Shown: positions 63,641-64,000 of the stretch, piece after piece
Layout of the letters: each line of letters opens with the position of its first letter
How positions within the stretch are numbered: the first letter of the stretch is position 1
Assembly (NCBI RefSeq): GCF_006345805.1
Contig: NC_042998.1
Span: 177,878,001 to 177,942,000 of the forward strand
Source: Octopus sinensis
Taxonomy: Eukaryota
Reading direction: 5' to 3'
Length of the DNA: 64,000 bases
The notes under the pieces: generated by a model
What the model was told of the DNA's origin: nothing
Seen by the model: the letters and a program-made list of their open reading frames with translations, nothing else
The model's database searches: none
Translations under genes and position numbers: made by a program

Positions 63641-63825
63641 CTGCCTCCCAAATTCCCACAGAGAACTTTCTCTCTTGCCACTTGCCTTATAGCCAATTCC
63701 ACAATGTATGTATGTGTATATGTATGCATGTATGTATGGGGAGAGTTTACGAAAAAAACAAAAGACGAAGACAGGTGGTGTACAAAACAAACAGATGTAT
63801 TAGTATAACACTCAGGAATAGAAAA

Positions 63826-63869
63826 TGTCTTTTACGTTTCGAGTCTACGCTCTTCTACAGAAAAAGACA
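63826..63869 (-). ncRNA. Minimal type I hammerhead-like motif, A6U core variant
   Basis: UGUC(UU)UUU-CUGUAGA-A-GAG CGUAGA CUC-GAAA-CG-UA/AAAGACA. The flank is homologous to 6240-6320. Confidence 0.6.
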
Positions 63870-64000
63870 CCGAAAAAACAAGGAGAGAAAAAATGTGTGT
63901 AGTGGCTAACGATCTATATATAATGATATATATATATATATATATATAATATATATACCAAGAAATCTAATGCTTACAGCTTAGTTTTTTTTTCTGGGGC

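Overview
AT-rich, microsatellite-dense eukaryotic DNA. The SINE families, the RTE tails ending in (GAT)n and the overall composition point to an octopus (cephalopod) genome. This is inferred from recognised repeat families, not from a database search. No host protein-coding gene could be identified with confidence; most ORF-track entries are microsatellite translations. The window is mainly mobile elements: a near-full-length decayed Penelope-like element (RT plus GIY-YIG, about 17.8-20.3 kb), a 5'-truncated RTE LINE (28.5-32.6 kb) whose 3' end occurs six times in tandem, fragments of CR1, L2, Tx1 and RTE LINEs, a decayed hAT transposon with TIRs and a degenerate 8-bp TSD, a mariner-like (maT/DD37D-type) fragment, MITEs, Helitron-like elements and many tRNA-derived SINEs. 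The most striking signal is nine type I hammerhead-ribozyme-like motifs read by eye, from about seven unrelated short elements. Seven lie between 6.2 and 10.5 kb, interleaved with two long inverted repeats and (TA)n/(CA)n tracts. Two carry the same A6U core variant. A switch from CpG-decayed to CpG-retaining sequence near 46 kb suggests the edge of a methylated gene body and a nearby promoter.
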